DNA of 37,575 nt, taken from the IMG/VR virus record IMGVR_UViG_3300020045_010472, positions 1 through 37,575 of that record; one strand, written 5' to 3'. Origin of the DNA: a virus (lineage: Duplodnaviria; Caudoviricetes). The position numbers and the translations under genes are program-made. The notes below the pieces were generated by a model. It was given only the letters and a program-made list of their open reading frames with translations. It was not told the DNA's origin and searched no databases. Position 1 is the first letter of the stretch. The number at the start of each line of letters is the position of its first letter. Shown one piece after another: positions 1-9,251 of this stretch.

Positions 1-121
1 AACCATTCTAAGCAGTTTTATTCTGCTTATATTATACTGAGTGATTACTTGGGTTGTGGTTAGCATGGTCTACTGGGTTTTAAAATTATGTTCAAATCTT
101 TTCATGTTTGCTAAAAAAGAG
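1..121. repeat. Terminal direct repeat, copy 1 (circular assembly overlap)
   Basis: Identical to 37455-37575; ORFs read continuously across the junction. Confidence 0.95.
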
Positions 122-600
122 TCTGTGCCTAATTCTATTTCATTACAATTCCCTTTGCATTTAGGACAATAATCATAACTTCCTCCTGCAAATTCAATTT
201 TAGTTGTTCCGCATTCTTGACAAACCCAAAATAGCATATTATTATCCCACTGATATTTCCAGCATTCATATCCACCGTCTCCCCGGTTGTCACCGCCCCA
301 AATATTTTTATCTGGATTTCCTTTAAACAATACAAGAGGTTTCTCAAACCATTCACTACATTTTACTTCTGATAATTCATAACTATCAGGCTTTATCTCT
401 ATATAAACACCTTTTAATTTACTTCTTAAATATGTATCAGGTAAATAAAAGTCGGGTAAATAACACTCGCCTTTTTCATTTTTAAATCCTTCTGGCTCAT
501 ATTGATATTTTATTCCCAAATTTTCAAAAAATACAGCCCATCTTGCTTCAAGACGTGATCTGTAATAATTTCCATTATAAAAAGTATCTATCGATTTCAT
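70..600 (-). CDS. PD-(D/E)xK-family endonuclease with C-terminal Zn ribbon
   Basis: YRSRLEARWAVFF..LGIKYQYEP, YLPDFYLP and YIEIK motifs; CQEC..CPKC. Confidence 0.7.
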   Translation of the reverse strand: MKSIDTFYNGNYYRSRLEARWAVFFENLGIKYQYEPEGFKNEKGECYLPDFYLPDTYLRSKLKGVYIEIKPDSYELSEVKCSEWFEKPLVLFKGNPDKNIWGGDNRGDGGYECWKYQWDNNMLFWVCQECGTTKIEFAGGSYDYCPKCKGNCNEIELGTDSFLANMKRFEHNFKTQ

Positions 601-611
601 ATAAATTTATA

Positions 612-2768
612 TTAATACGGTAATTCAGTTTGTATTTCAATCTGTTCCTCAATTATTTGCTCTTCAAATTTTTCAAAAAATGTTCTTTCAATTTTAAAAG
701 TATGGCCTATTGCTTTTGTTAATTCTCCAACAATGCCTTTTATTTTCCAATATCTTACAGTCTTTTCAGATTGTTTAATTTTAAATTCGTTCTTTAATAC
801 ATTGCTTATAAATGGTAATGTCACTTGTGTATTATTACTAAACCACTTTTCTTTTATATCCTTTGGCGTAAATTCTATTTCAGTACATAATTCATCTACA
901 TTATTAAAATAATCCTGAAAAAAATCAACTAGTGTTTTATAAAGCCACGTTTTACTATTTTCTACAATTTTCTTTAAAGCATCTGTATTTATGTCCTCAG
1001 CTAAAAACCATTGACGTGATTTCTTTTCATATTCAATTTTGGTATTATTCAAATAATATATAAAATATGGTATTTCATTTTCTATTTTACTTTCAAATTC
1101 AGCATCCCATTCACAAACAACTGGAACTTTACGAATCCAGAACCTCATTTCTTCATCAGATGTATTTATAAAGTTTTCTTCGTGGTTACTGTTTAATATT
1201 ATTTTACCAAAAAAAGAAACGGTATGCATTTGTCCAAACTTATAGTGTAAATTTATTGTTTTCTGCGTGCTTAAAGCCTTTAATTTTTCTAAAACGTGTT
1301 CTTTGTCGATCTTACTTTCATCGCACATTATAAGTGTTTTGTTTGCGTAAATAGAGTTAAATGTATTTTTTAATTCGTCATTTCCTACTATAACAGAATT
1401 TTCGCCCCAAAGTTTATTTAACCAGTCAATAAATGTTGTTTTCCCAGTTCCGCGTTCTTTGCTTACCAAACATAAAATTGGTAAAATATGTGTTGGTTGT
1501 TGCCACATAACTTTTAAATAATCAAGTCCAATTTTATACTGATCCCCAAAAATATGTTTTAATAATTTTGTAATTGAATTATATTCCCCTTGTTTTTGCT
1601 CATGATGTATCTGATGATAAATATTAAAACAATTATTTTGAATTTGCACATAATTGTTATTATCAGGAATATTACAAAAACTAATATATTTCGGCATTGT
1701 TCTTATAAATTCCTTACCAAAATCATCTAAAATGGTTTGACGTTTCATTAATTCAATCGAAGGCTTTAAGTTTTTATGATGGTCTGGTCTGTGTATTATA
1801 TGAAAAAAATCATCACCTACTCTAAAAATTCCAACGTCTTTAAAAATTCTATTTACTTTGCCATTGTAAAATTTATATTGATTTCCGTAAAATGTAAATT
1901 CTTCATCCTTTATTTTTTCTTTATGTAAGTTGTAAAAATCTTTTACATCATTTAAGCACAAGTGTTTTATTAATTTATTATCATCTCTGGTAATTGTTAG
2001 TTTTTCAAAATATATTCCTTTTAACGGATTAATTTTTAATAATTCCTTCCAACAATCAGGATATTTTACAATCATATCATCAAGACCGTTTGCATCTAAT
2101 TTTAACCCTCTGCACCAAGTTACGATAACATCATTTTGTTGTCTTATTTGATCTCTTATATTTAATGCTGAGGATAAAAACTGTTTTGGCCTTCGGGTTA
2201 ATTCGTTTTCTATTTTACCAATATCAAGTGAATCATTGTCATATAATAATATAACATTTCTTACCTTGCAGGTTTCTATAATGCTTATTATATCATCGAA
2301 TATTAACCCAGATTCTTTATCTTTATAAATTGTTATACTTGGCAATCCAATTACATTAAGTCCTTTTAAACTTCCTGAAATAGCTTTAATATAACCTTCA
2401 GTTAATATTAATATAGGTATTTCAATTTCCTTTTCAAATGATTCTAATACATTAATAGGTATAAATGGAGGCGGTGTTACTCCTTTTGGGAAATTACTTT
2501 TATGTCCTTTTTCTTTTTCTTGCTCTGGAGTGTATCGAATATATTTATATGGTTCAAATTTAGTTCCAGTTGATGTAGTTGTTTTTTCAACTGAATATAA
2601 TTCACGTTTTAAATTATAAGGAAATATCTCTATTTCTCCATTTTTACCTTCGGAAATATAATCACAGACGAAAAATGTTCTAAACTCATTATCAAAACAC
2701 CTAGTAAGTTTTATTTTAGAATCAATAAGATTCAACCCTATTGTTATTCTATCTTTAAAATAACTCAT
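612..2768 (-). CDS. Primase-helicase (TOPRIM/DUF3854-like N-terminus, DUF5906-type NTPase C-terminus)
   Basis: TOPRIM motifs ILTEGYIKA and LLYDND; Walker A GTGKTT; Walker B IMCDE; ILNSN sensor. Confidence 0.85.
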   Translation of the reverse strand: MSYFKDRITIGLNLIDSKIKLTRCFDNEFRTFFVCDYISEGKNGEIEIFPYNLKRELYSVEKTTTSTGTKFEPYKYIRYTPEQEKEKGHKSNFPKGVTPPPFIPINVLESFEKEIEIPILILTEGYIKAISGSLKGLNVIGLPSITIYKDKESGLIFDDIISIIETCKVRNVILLYDNDSLDIGKIENELTRRPKQFLSSALNIRDQIRQQNDVIVTWCRGLKLDANGLDDMIVKYPDCWKELLKINPLKGIYFEKLTITRDDNKLIKHLCLNDVKDFYNLHKEKIKDEEFTFYGNQYKFYNGKVNRIFKDVGIFRVGDDFFHIIHRPDHHKNLKPSIELMKRQTILDDFGKEFIRTMPKYISFCNIPDNNNYVQIQNNCFNIYHQIHHEQKQGEYNSITKLLKHIFGDQYKIGLDYLKVMWQQPTHILPILCLVSKERGTGKTTFIDWLNKLWGENSVIVGNDELKNTFNSIYANKTLIMCDESKIDKEHVLEKLKALSTQKTINLHYKFGQMHTVSFFGKIILNSNHEENFINTSDEEMRFWIRKVPVVCEWDAEFESKIENEIPYFIYYLNNTKIEYEKKSRQWFLAEDINTDALKKIVENSKTWLYKTLVDFFQDYFNNVDELCTEIEFTPKDIKEKWFSNNTQVTLPFISNVLKNEFKIKQSEKTVRYWKIKGIVGELTKAIGHTFKIERTFFEKFEEQIIEEQIEIQTELPY

Positions 2769-2769
2769 G

Positions 2770-2934
2770 CTAATTAATCTTTATATAATCCAAATATTGT
2801 TTATTATCTTTACCAGTCCCGTTAAAATACCATTTTTGATACTTTTCTCCCATAACTTCTATTATTGTCGAAGAAAATAATTTGACTAACTCATAGTCTT
2901 TACTGTTAATTTTTATCATTTTTTTATCTTTCAT
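2770..2934 (-). CDS. Hypothetical 54-aa protein (not in ORF track)
   Basis: Hand translation MKDKKMIKIN...LDYIKIN*; stop lies 1 nt before the primase ATG. Confidence 0.6.
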   Translation of the reverse strand: MKDKKMIKINSKDYELVKLFSSTIIEVMGEKYQKWYFNGTGKDNKQYLDYIKIN

Positions 2935-3048
2935 GGTTTATATTTTTCTACAAAGTACACTATATGATTTGTCAAAAACTATGCTTTAAAACATATTTCT
3001 ATTTCTTTTTTATGTTATAAAACATAATTTACACCTTTTTTGATGATT

Positions 3049-3307
3049 TGTAAACTTGTGTAAACTAGCAAAAATCTTATGTTTACTTAGTTAGAGTAAG
3101 TAAAAATGATTTGTAAACCTTTTTGGGTACTTTAAAATTAATTGTATTTATAAAACACTATACTGTATACTATAATGAATTACTCTTATATTATTTTATT
3201 AAAAATAAGTTTACAAGTTTACAATTACACACTGCATATTGATTATTAAACAGTTACGTTTTGTAAACCTTTTGTAAACCTTTTTTATACAAGTTTACAA
3301 GTTTACA
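3049..3307. repeat. Heptamer iteron cluster TGTAAAC/GTTTACA, putative replication origin or divergent control region
   Basis: TGTAAAC at 3049, 3059, 3112, 3262, 3273; GTTTACA at 3209, 3217, 3293, 3301; very AT-rich; between the divergent arms next to the primase-helicase. Confidence 0.7.
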
Positions 3308-3316
3308 GTATATAAT

Positions 3317-3348
3317 TTTGCATTTCTCAAAAACTATCCCTATCTTTG
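3317..3348 (+). promoter_or_regulatory. Bacteroidota-type housekeeping promoter for the terminase genes
   Basis: TTTG (3317-3320), 20 nt spacer, TATCTTTG (3341-3348). Confidence 0.7.
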
Positions 3349-3395
3349 CAAAAAACATTTGCGAATTATGCAAAAAAGCTGTGATTTACCTGTGT

Positions 3396-3719
3396 ATGAA
3401 TAAGAATGGAAATCCAAAGACTTTAAAACCCTTTAAAAAAGGTAATGATCCACGCCGAAATATAACTGGAAAAAATGCTGTTTTGCCTGAATTAAAAGAA
3501 GCAATGGCTTTATTATTAAGTACCACAACAGCCGATAAAACCAACCTCGAAAAACTATTAAATTCATTATATCTAAAAGCCTTAAAGGGTTCTGAAAAAG
3601 CAGCAGAATTAATTTTAAAATACGCTTATGGTGACCCAAAACAAGCTATTGACATTACCTCAGCCGGTGAAAAAATAAATTTTAATCCTCAAATTTTTGT
3701 CAGTCCCGATAAAACTTAA
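3396..3719 (+). CDS. terS: Terminase small subunit (DUF5681-like N-terminus)
   Basis: NPKTLKPFKKGNDPRRN motif; directly upstream of and overlapping terL; ATG 3396 preferred over 3318, which lies within the promoter. Confidence 0.75.
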   Translation: MNKNGNPKTLKPFKKGNDPRRNITGKNAVLPELKEAMALLLSTTTADKTNLEKLLNSLYLKALKGSEKAAELILKYAYGDPKQAIDITSAGEKINFNPQIFVSPDKT

Positions 3720-4938
3720 TGAAAATTATAAACCTCTTTGGATTAATGCAACAAGGATTTTTATAATAACCGGAGGGCGTGCCTCTGCTAAATCATTTCA
3801 TGTTTCTTTGTTTTTAGAAAACCTTATATGGGAAGCCGGACACACTATTTTATTTTCCAGACTTACTTTAAATTCTGCACATATTTCAATCATTCCTGAG
3901 TTTGTAGAAAAAATAGATTTGCATTCAGATCGCAAATATTTTGACATAACAAAAACCGATGTTATAAATAAAAAAACAGGTTCAAATATTTTATTCAGAG
4001 GATTAAAAACAAGTGCCGGTGACCAGACCGCGAACCTTAAATCTATTCAAAATTTAACAACTTATGTACTTGATGAAGCTGAGGAAGAAACTAGTGAAGA
4101 CCGGTTCGACAAAATAAACGAATCAGTCCGAAAAAAAGGGATGCAAAACAGAGTTATACTCGTTATGAATCCACGTTATAACAAGGACTGGACAATTAAA
4201 AGATTTTTCAAAGACAGAGGGTTAAAAGTTGGTTTTAACGGAGTTTTTGAGGATACAACTTATATTCACACAACCTACTTAGATAACTTAGAAAACCTTT
4301 CAGAATCATTTATACAGAGTGCAGAACAGCTTAAAATAAATAACCTCGCAAAGTATGAACATCGTATGCTTGGTATGCCAATTGATGAAGTTGAAGGGGC
4401 TTTATGGAATGAAAAAATAATACAACATTGTACCCAGCGACCTGAATTTAAAAAAGTAATTATTGCACTCGATCCGTCCGTAACAGCAACTGACACCTCA
4501 GATGAATGCGGTATTATTGTTGCTGGGCTTGCTTATGATGACAAAGTTTATATTATTCGAGATGAAACAGGCATTTATAAACCTCTTGCATGGTGTCAAA
4601 AAGCTATATTTCTTTATAATGAATTTAATGCAAATTGCATAGTCGCTGAAATAAATCAGGGCGGCGACATGGTCGAAACAATCATACATCAAATTCAAAA
4701 AGATATATTAGTGGAGAAAGTTTGGAGCAAACAGGGTAAAATATTAAGAGCCGAACCGGTTGTCGCACTTTATGAACAATCCCTCGTTATTCATTTGCCT
4801 GGACTTTCAAAATTGGAATATGAAATGACAACATGGACACCTGATGAAGGTTATTCACCTGGACGTATTGATGCGCTCGTTCACGGAGTGAATTATTTAA
4901 AACAGGCAAATGATTTCTTTGCAGGAGTAGCTAAATAA
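3697..4938 (+). CDS. terL: Terminase large subunit (PBSX-like ATPase plus RNase H-fold nuclease)
   Basis: Walker A GGRASAKS, Walker B VLDEAEE, MNP coupling motif, nuclease IALDPS..DECGIIVAG..AEINQGG..RIDAL; TTG start. Confidence 0.95.
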   Translation: MSVPIKLNENYKPLWINATRIFIITGGRASAKSFHVSLFLENLIWEAGHTILFSRLTLNSAHISIIPEFVEKIDLHSDRKYFDITKTDVINKKTGSNILFRGLKTSAGDQTANLKSIQNLTTYVLDEAEEETSEDRFDKINESVRKKGMQNRVILVMNPRYNKDWTIKRFFKDRGLKVGFNGVFEDTTYIHTTYLDNLENLSESFIQSAEQLKINNLAKYEHRMLGMPIDEVEGALWNEKIIQHCTQRPEFKKVIIALDPSVTATDTSDECGIIVAGLAYDDKVYIIRDETGIYKPLAWCQKAIFLYNEFNANCIVAEINQGGDMVETIIHQIQKDILVEKVWSKQGKILRAEPVVALYEQSLVIHLPGLSKLEYEMTTWTPDEGYSPGRIDALVHGVNYLKQANDFFAGVAK

Positions 4939-4955
4939 AAATAATTGATAAAATA

Positions 4956-4987
4956 TTTGTTTATCCGATTACAAACGTTTACATTTG
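4956..4987 (+). promoter_or_regulatory. Bacteroidota-type promoter for the portal/head genes, overlapped by a repeated 12-mer
   Basis: TTTG (4956-4959), 20 nt spacer, TACATTTG (4980-4987); CAAACGTTTACA at 4972 and 5005. Confidence 0.65.
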
Positions 4988-5033
4988 GATTTTTATTCGA
5001 CATTCAAACGTTTACAAATAATTAGCAACGTTT

Positions 5034-6332
5034 ATGAAATTTTCCGATTTCATTCCTCCAATTTTAAACCGCAAGGCATTAGTAACACCACAATTAACCA
5101 ATACAAATAACCCGTTTATTCAAAATACATGGGTCAATAATCGGTCTGCTGTATGGATGCCTGACAACCTTCAATCCTACATTGATAACGCTTATAAGAT
5201 GAATGTTTTGGTTTATTCCATTGTGTCAAGGCTCGCTCAAAAAGCCTCTGGGATAACTCCGAAATTAAGGATAAAAGGCAAACACGGAGTTAATGAAAAT
5301 ATTGAAAAGCATGAGATTTTAGACCGGATAAAACAGCCAAATAAAGAAACAACGTGGAGTGAATTAATAATACAGTATTTTTTATATAAACTTATTACCG
5401 GAAACGATTACACATGGGGATTAAAACCTGATATCGGAAGCAATAAAGATATTTTTATAGAACTTTATACGTTGCCTTCACAGTATATTCAGATATTAGG
5501 TTATGTTTTTACAAAGGGTCCGCAAGGTTATCAATTTACTTTTAGTCCATCGGTAAAAATTGAGGTTGAAAATATAATGCACATCAAATATTACGATCCT
5601 TCATTTGATGTAATTAATGGAAGTGCATACGGTTTAAGTCCGATTAAAGCAGCTAGTAAAACAATTACACAGGCAAATAGCGGTTATGATGCGCTTGTTA
5701 AAATATATCAAAATTTAGGACAAACAGGGCTTGTATCAGGCAAAGGTGGCACGATGTCACCACAACAAGCAGGGATGCTTACCGATCTGATTAAAGAAAA
5801 TCGTAATGAAATTTTTGTAACGAATGCAGAAGTTAATTTTCAAAAGATAGGACTTTCACCTGAAGACCTAGCGATTACAGATGCAAATAAAATGTCATTG
5901 ATTGACCTCTGTAATATTTATCATGTTCCTTCTATTTTATTTGGTGACAACTCAGCAAGTACCTTCAACAACATGAGAGAGGCTAAGGCTGCAATGGTTG
6001 AAGATGCAATAATTCCTGAGTATGATATTTGGTTTGAAAAGTTTAATAATTGGTATATACAACCGTATCGCAAACGTGACAACAAAGAGTATGAATTATT
6101 TTACGATCAATATCAATTCAATGAATTAAAAGCAGCATTAATCCAACAGGCAACAGCTTTAAAAGATATATGGTGGATGACTGGCAATGAGAAACGTGCC
6201 GCAATGGATGCCTCTGAATTTGATTCTGAATATATGAATGAGATACTTGTACCAACAGGATTAAAAAGACTTGAAGACATTGAGTTTGATACACAAAAAG
6301 TAAATAATGAACTGGCAGCAAGCGGAAAATAA
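5034..6332 (+). CDS. Portal protein (HK97-like family)
   Basis: PN..TW, GNDY, HIKY, YGLSPIKA, YHVPSILFG, STFNN and MTGNEKR motifs; position after terL. Confidence 0.92.
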   Translation: MKFSDFIPPILNRKALVTPQLTNTNNPFIQNTWVNNRSAVWMPDNLQSYIDNAYKMNVLVYSIVSRLAQKASGITPKLRIKGKHGVNENIEKHEILDRIKQPNKETTWSELIIQYFLYKLITGNDYTWGLKPDIGSNKDIFIELYTLPSQYIQILGYVFTKGPQGYQFTFSPSVKIEVENIMHIKYYDPSFDVINGSAYGLSPIKAASKTITQANSGYDALVKIYQNLGQTGLVSGKGGTMSPQQAGMLTDLIKENRNEIFVTNAEVNFQKIGLSPEDLAITDANKMSLIDLCNIYHVPSILFGDNSASTFNNMREAKAAMVEDAIIPEYDIWFEKFNNWYIQPYRKRDNKEYELFYDQYQFNELKAALIQQATALKDIWWMTGNEKRAAMDASEFDSEYMNEILVPTGLKRLEDIEFDTQKVNNELAASGK

Positions 6333-7038
6333 ACGAAGACCATTTTTTACAAAAGGTCGTAAGTTATTCAGGGCAGCATTGAATGTCCAGAATAAACCTT
6401 TCATTGATTCTATTGCCAACGCTGAAAGTACCGATAAAATGTTACGATTAGCAAACAATTATAAAGCCCCAAGGATGCCAATGCAACAGGCTTATGAAAA
6501 ACTTTATAAAGATTGTGGAAGCTATTTTGCTGTATTAATTAATGGCAAATTAACTAAAGGAATTGACGGCAGTTTCTATGAAGTTTACATGGAAAAATTT
6601 GCACGTGAAGAAGCTGGCGACCGTATCACAGACGTAACAGGGACAACAGAAGAAGAAATAAAAACAACAACAAAAAGAGTAATTGAGCAGGGTATTTCAG
6701 AGGGTAAAAGTATTTATCAAATGTCAAAAGAAATAACTAAAACAATTGAAAAAATAAATCTTTGGAGAGCTGAAAGAATAGTTCGTACAGAGGTTATTTC
6801 GGCAAGCAACAGAGGCTCTTTACTTGGTGCAGAAACAACAGGACTTGACTTAAAAAAAGTATGGCTAACTGCCGGCGATAATAGAGTTCGTAAAACAGAC
6901 GGTCATGCAAGTATGAACCACCAACCAGTTCCGATAAAAGAACGGTTTTCAAACGGTATGTTATATCCGGGCGACCCTGCCGGAGGTGCAAAAGAAACAA
7001 TACAATGTAGGTGTTCAATTTATTATGAAAAAGTATAA
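6307..7038 (+). CDS. Head morphogenesis protein (Mu gpF / SPP1 gp7-like)
   Basis: RAERIVRTE, KVWLTAGDNRVR..H, F..GMLYPGDP..ETIQCRC. Confidence 0.9.
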   Translation: MNWQQAENKRRPFFTKGRKLFRAALNVQNKPFIDSIANAESTDKMLRLANNYKAPRMPMQQAYEKLYKDCGSYFAVLINGKLTKGIDGSFYEVYMEKFAREEAGDRITDVTGTTEEEIKTTTKRVIEQGISEGKSIYQMSKEITKTIEKINLWRAERIVRTEVISASNRGSLLGAETTGLDLKKVWLTAGDNRVRKTDGHASMNHQPVPIKERFSNGMLYPGDPAGGAKETIQCRCSIYYEKV

Positions 7039-7040
7039 TT

Positions 7041-7772
7041 ATGAAACTAGAATATAAAAATATAGCTGTTTCTGTAATTGATGCAGACGAAGCAAAAGGA
7101 GTGGTAACAGGTTACTTTTCTATATTTGGAAATGTTGATGACGGTCAGGATATCGTAATGCCGGGTGCATTTAAAAAAACTATTTCAGAAAATGGACACT
7201 CCGGTAAAAATAGAATTATTCATTTATTCAATCACGATCCTGATAAAATAATGGGTAAGCCTTATTTATTAAAAGAGGACAATGTAGGGCTTTATTTTGA
7301 AACTAAATTCACAAAAACACAGTTAGGCAAAGACGTGTTACAATGGTATATTGACGGTGTTATTGATGAACATTCAATGGGTTATGAATCTATCAAGTCA
7401 ATGTTCCCAGATGAAGTTAATAAACCAATGTTGCGTGAACTTCATGAAGTAAAACTTTGGGAAGGTTCAACAGTCACATGGGGCATGAATGAACTTGCAA
7501 AGGCTGTAAGTGTAAAGGGTTCAAATAATATTGAAAAGTTTGAATATGTATTAAAACGTATGAATAATTTAGAAACCGCTTTAAAAAATCCGAAATATAC
7601 AGATGAAGGATATTATCAGTTGACGTTACAGGTAGAACAATTGAAAACATCATTAGAACAGTTGAAAACGGATTTAACGCCAGATATTGAAAAGACTGAA
7701 AAGGATAAAATTATTATAACAGAACAAAAAACTTGGCTCTCATATTTCGATGCAAACCGTTTACGATTGTAG
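7041..7772 (+). CDS. HK97-family prohead maturation protease
   Basis: GYFSIFGNVD..DIVMPGAF, LFNHD, SMGY, LWEGSTVTWGMN. Confidence 0.92.
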   Translation: MKLEYKNIAVSVIDADEAKGVVTGYFSIFGNVDDGQDIVMPGAFKKTISENGHSGKNRIIHLFNHDPDKIMGKPYLLKEDNVGLYFETKFTKTQLGKDVLQWYIDGVIDEHSMGYESIKSMFPDEVNKPMLRELHEVKLWEGSTVTWGMNELAKAVSVKGSNNIEKFEYVLKRMNNLETALKNPKYTDEGYYQLTLQVEQLKTSLEQLKTDLTPDIEKTEKDKIIITEQKTWLSYFDANRLRL

Positions 7773-7820
7773 ACATTTCATCACAGTTAAATTAGTATTT
7801 ATTTAAAAAATTTAAAACAA

Positions 7821-9206
7821 ATGAAAAATAAATTATTTATTGGAATGATATTTACAATATGCCTATTGATTGGTGCGGGTGTATGTATGGCAATGGGTAT
7901 TAATCCTTTTGCATCATTAGGATTTGCATCAGGTGCGGGATATTTGGCAACTTTACCAACATTGGTTTTACCAGTTGACTTAGAAGCTAAAAAAACTGCT
8001 GAAGTTATTGAACATTATCTGAAAAAGTGCGGTGAAGAAATAGACAACTCCGGTCGAATTTCTACTGAAACAAAATCAGCAATGGATAATCTTTTAAAGA
8101 AGTTTAATGAAAATCAGGAAGCTGCTAAAGTTGCCTCAGATTTGTTACAAAAAAACTTTGATGAACTGGCAATCAGTCATAAAAAACTGATTGAAAAACA
8201 AACTGAAAAGAAAACTTTTTTCAGTGCTTTCAAAGAAACTTTTTTGAAAAATGAAGCTGAAATAAAACAGGCTGTAAAAGCTAAAAATGGTTACTCAATA
8301 GACTTTAAAGATATGTCGTTGATTGACCATAAGTCAGCAATTACGATGCTTGAAAGTAACGCAATGACAGGTGATGTTATTGCGCCATACAGAGTATCCG
8401 GACTGTTTTATGATCCTTCGGAATTTAACCGGATGCGTTCAATGATTCCAGTTGTTCCCATCACTTCTAACACTGCTTATTATGTGAAGGAAAATGTAAA
8501 GGTGAACGGCACAGCGGTACAGACTGAAGGTGAAGCAAAAGGTCAAAGTTCAACGACTTGGACACAGGCTTCTGCACCTGTTAGCACAATTGCTGCATTT
8601 ACAAAAGTTTCAGAACAGATGTTTGATGACTTTCCACAACTGATGGGTTACTTGCAATACAAATATGTGAACGACCTGTTAGATGAAGAAGATATACAGC
8701 TTATCTATGGCAGCGGTGTAACTCCAAACATTGAGGGGATTTCAATCAATGCAGCTAATTATACTGATTATTTGGCAGATTCAAACGTTCAAAGAATTGA
8801 CGTTATAATGAATGCTATTACTCAGTTGAGAGTTTCAAAATACCGTCCTACTTGTGTTTGTTTAAACCCTCGTGATGTGCTAAAAATCAGAACTACAAAA
8901 GACACTCAGGGTCGTTATGTGTATGACACTGATGTAAGAACTGGTTTGATGCCTATCACAATTGCAGGTTGTCCGGTTATGGAAACAACTCTCATTACTG
9001 CTGATGACTTCCTAATCGGTGACATGAAAGGTGCAATGATTTTTGACCGTCAAAGTCCCTCTGTTGTAATTGACAGAATGGAAGATGACTTCAAAAAGAA
9101 TTTGCTTACAATCAGATTTGAAGAAAGAATCGCATTAGCGGTGTTACGTCCTAATGCTTTTATTTTCGATACATTCACAAATGCACTTGCCAAAGGCTCT
9201 GCATAA
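7821..9206 (+). CDS. Major capsid protein (HK97 fold) with hydrophobic N-terminal extension
   Basis: EGEAK, IAAFTKVSEQMFDD, LNPRD, GCPVMET, FLIGD, FKKNLLTIRFEERIALAVLRPNAF. Confidence 0.93.
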   Translation: MKNKLFIGMIFTICLLIGAGVCMAMGINPFASLGFASGAGYLATLPTLVLPVDLEAKKTAEVIEHYLKKCGEEIDNSGRISTETKSAMDNLLKKFNENQEAAKVASDLLQKNFDELAISHKKLIEKQTEKKTFFSAFKETFLKNEAEIKQAVKAKNGYSIDFKDMSLIDHKSAITMLESNAMTGDVIAPYRVSGLFYDPSEFNRMRSMIPVVPITSNTAYYVKENVKVNGTAVQTEGEAKGQSSTTWTQASAPVSTIAAFTKVSEQMFDDFPQLMGYLQYKYVNDLLDEEDIQLIYGSGVTPNIEGISINAANYTDYLADSNVQRIDVIMNAITQLRVSKYRPTCVCLNPRDVLKIRTTKDTQGRYVYDTDVRTGLMPITIAGCPVMETTLITADDFLIGDMKGAMIFDRQSPSVVIDRMEDDFKKNLLTIRFEERIALAVLRPNAFIFDTFTNALAKGSA

Positions 9207-9251
9207 TCATATTTGGAATAAACGGGGGTTCGATTCCCCCGTATGATTCAA
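9206..9251 (+). ncRNA. tRNA-like minihelix (acceptor-like stem plus T-arm) in the capsid-GT25 gap
   Basis: ATCATAT/GTATGAT 7-bp stem, TTGGAATAAAC linker, GGGGG-TTCGATT-CCCCC T-arm; no anticodon arm. Confidence 0.5.

Noticed and set aside
64-72. TAG readthrough or recoding: the nuclease stop is in frame with the downstream HTH ATG (TAG ACC ATG)
   Set aside because: All long genes are intact under the standard code and no suppressor tRNA is seen; in-frame adjacency has a 1-in-3 chance
1-121. Physical terminal repeats of the virion DNA
   Set aside because: The exact 121-bp overlap cuts through ORFs and is better explained as an assembly overlap of a circular contig
2945-2980. Leftward early promoter (GTACTTTG; similar TTACTTTG at about 34053-34060)
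   Set aside because: Does not match TAnnTTTG; plausible but not supportable from sequence alone
9206-9251. A complete tRNA gene
   Set aside because: Only about 45 nt, with no D stem, anticodon arm or CCA; kept as a tRNA-like element
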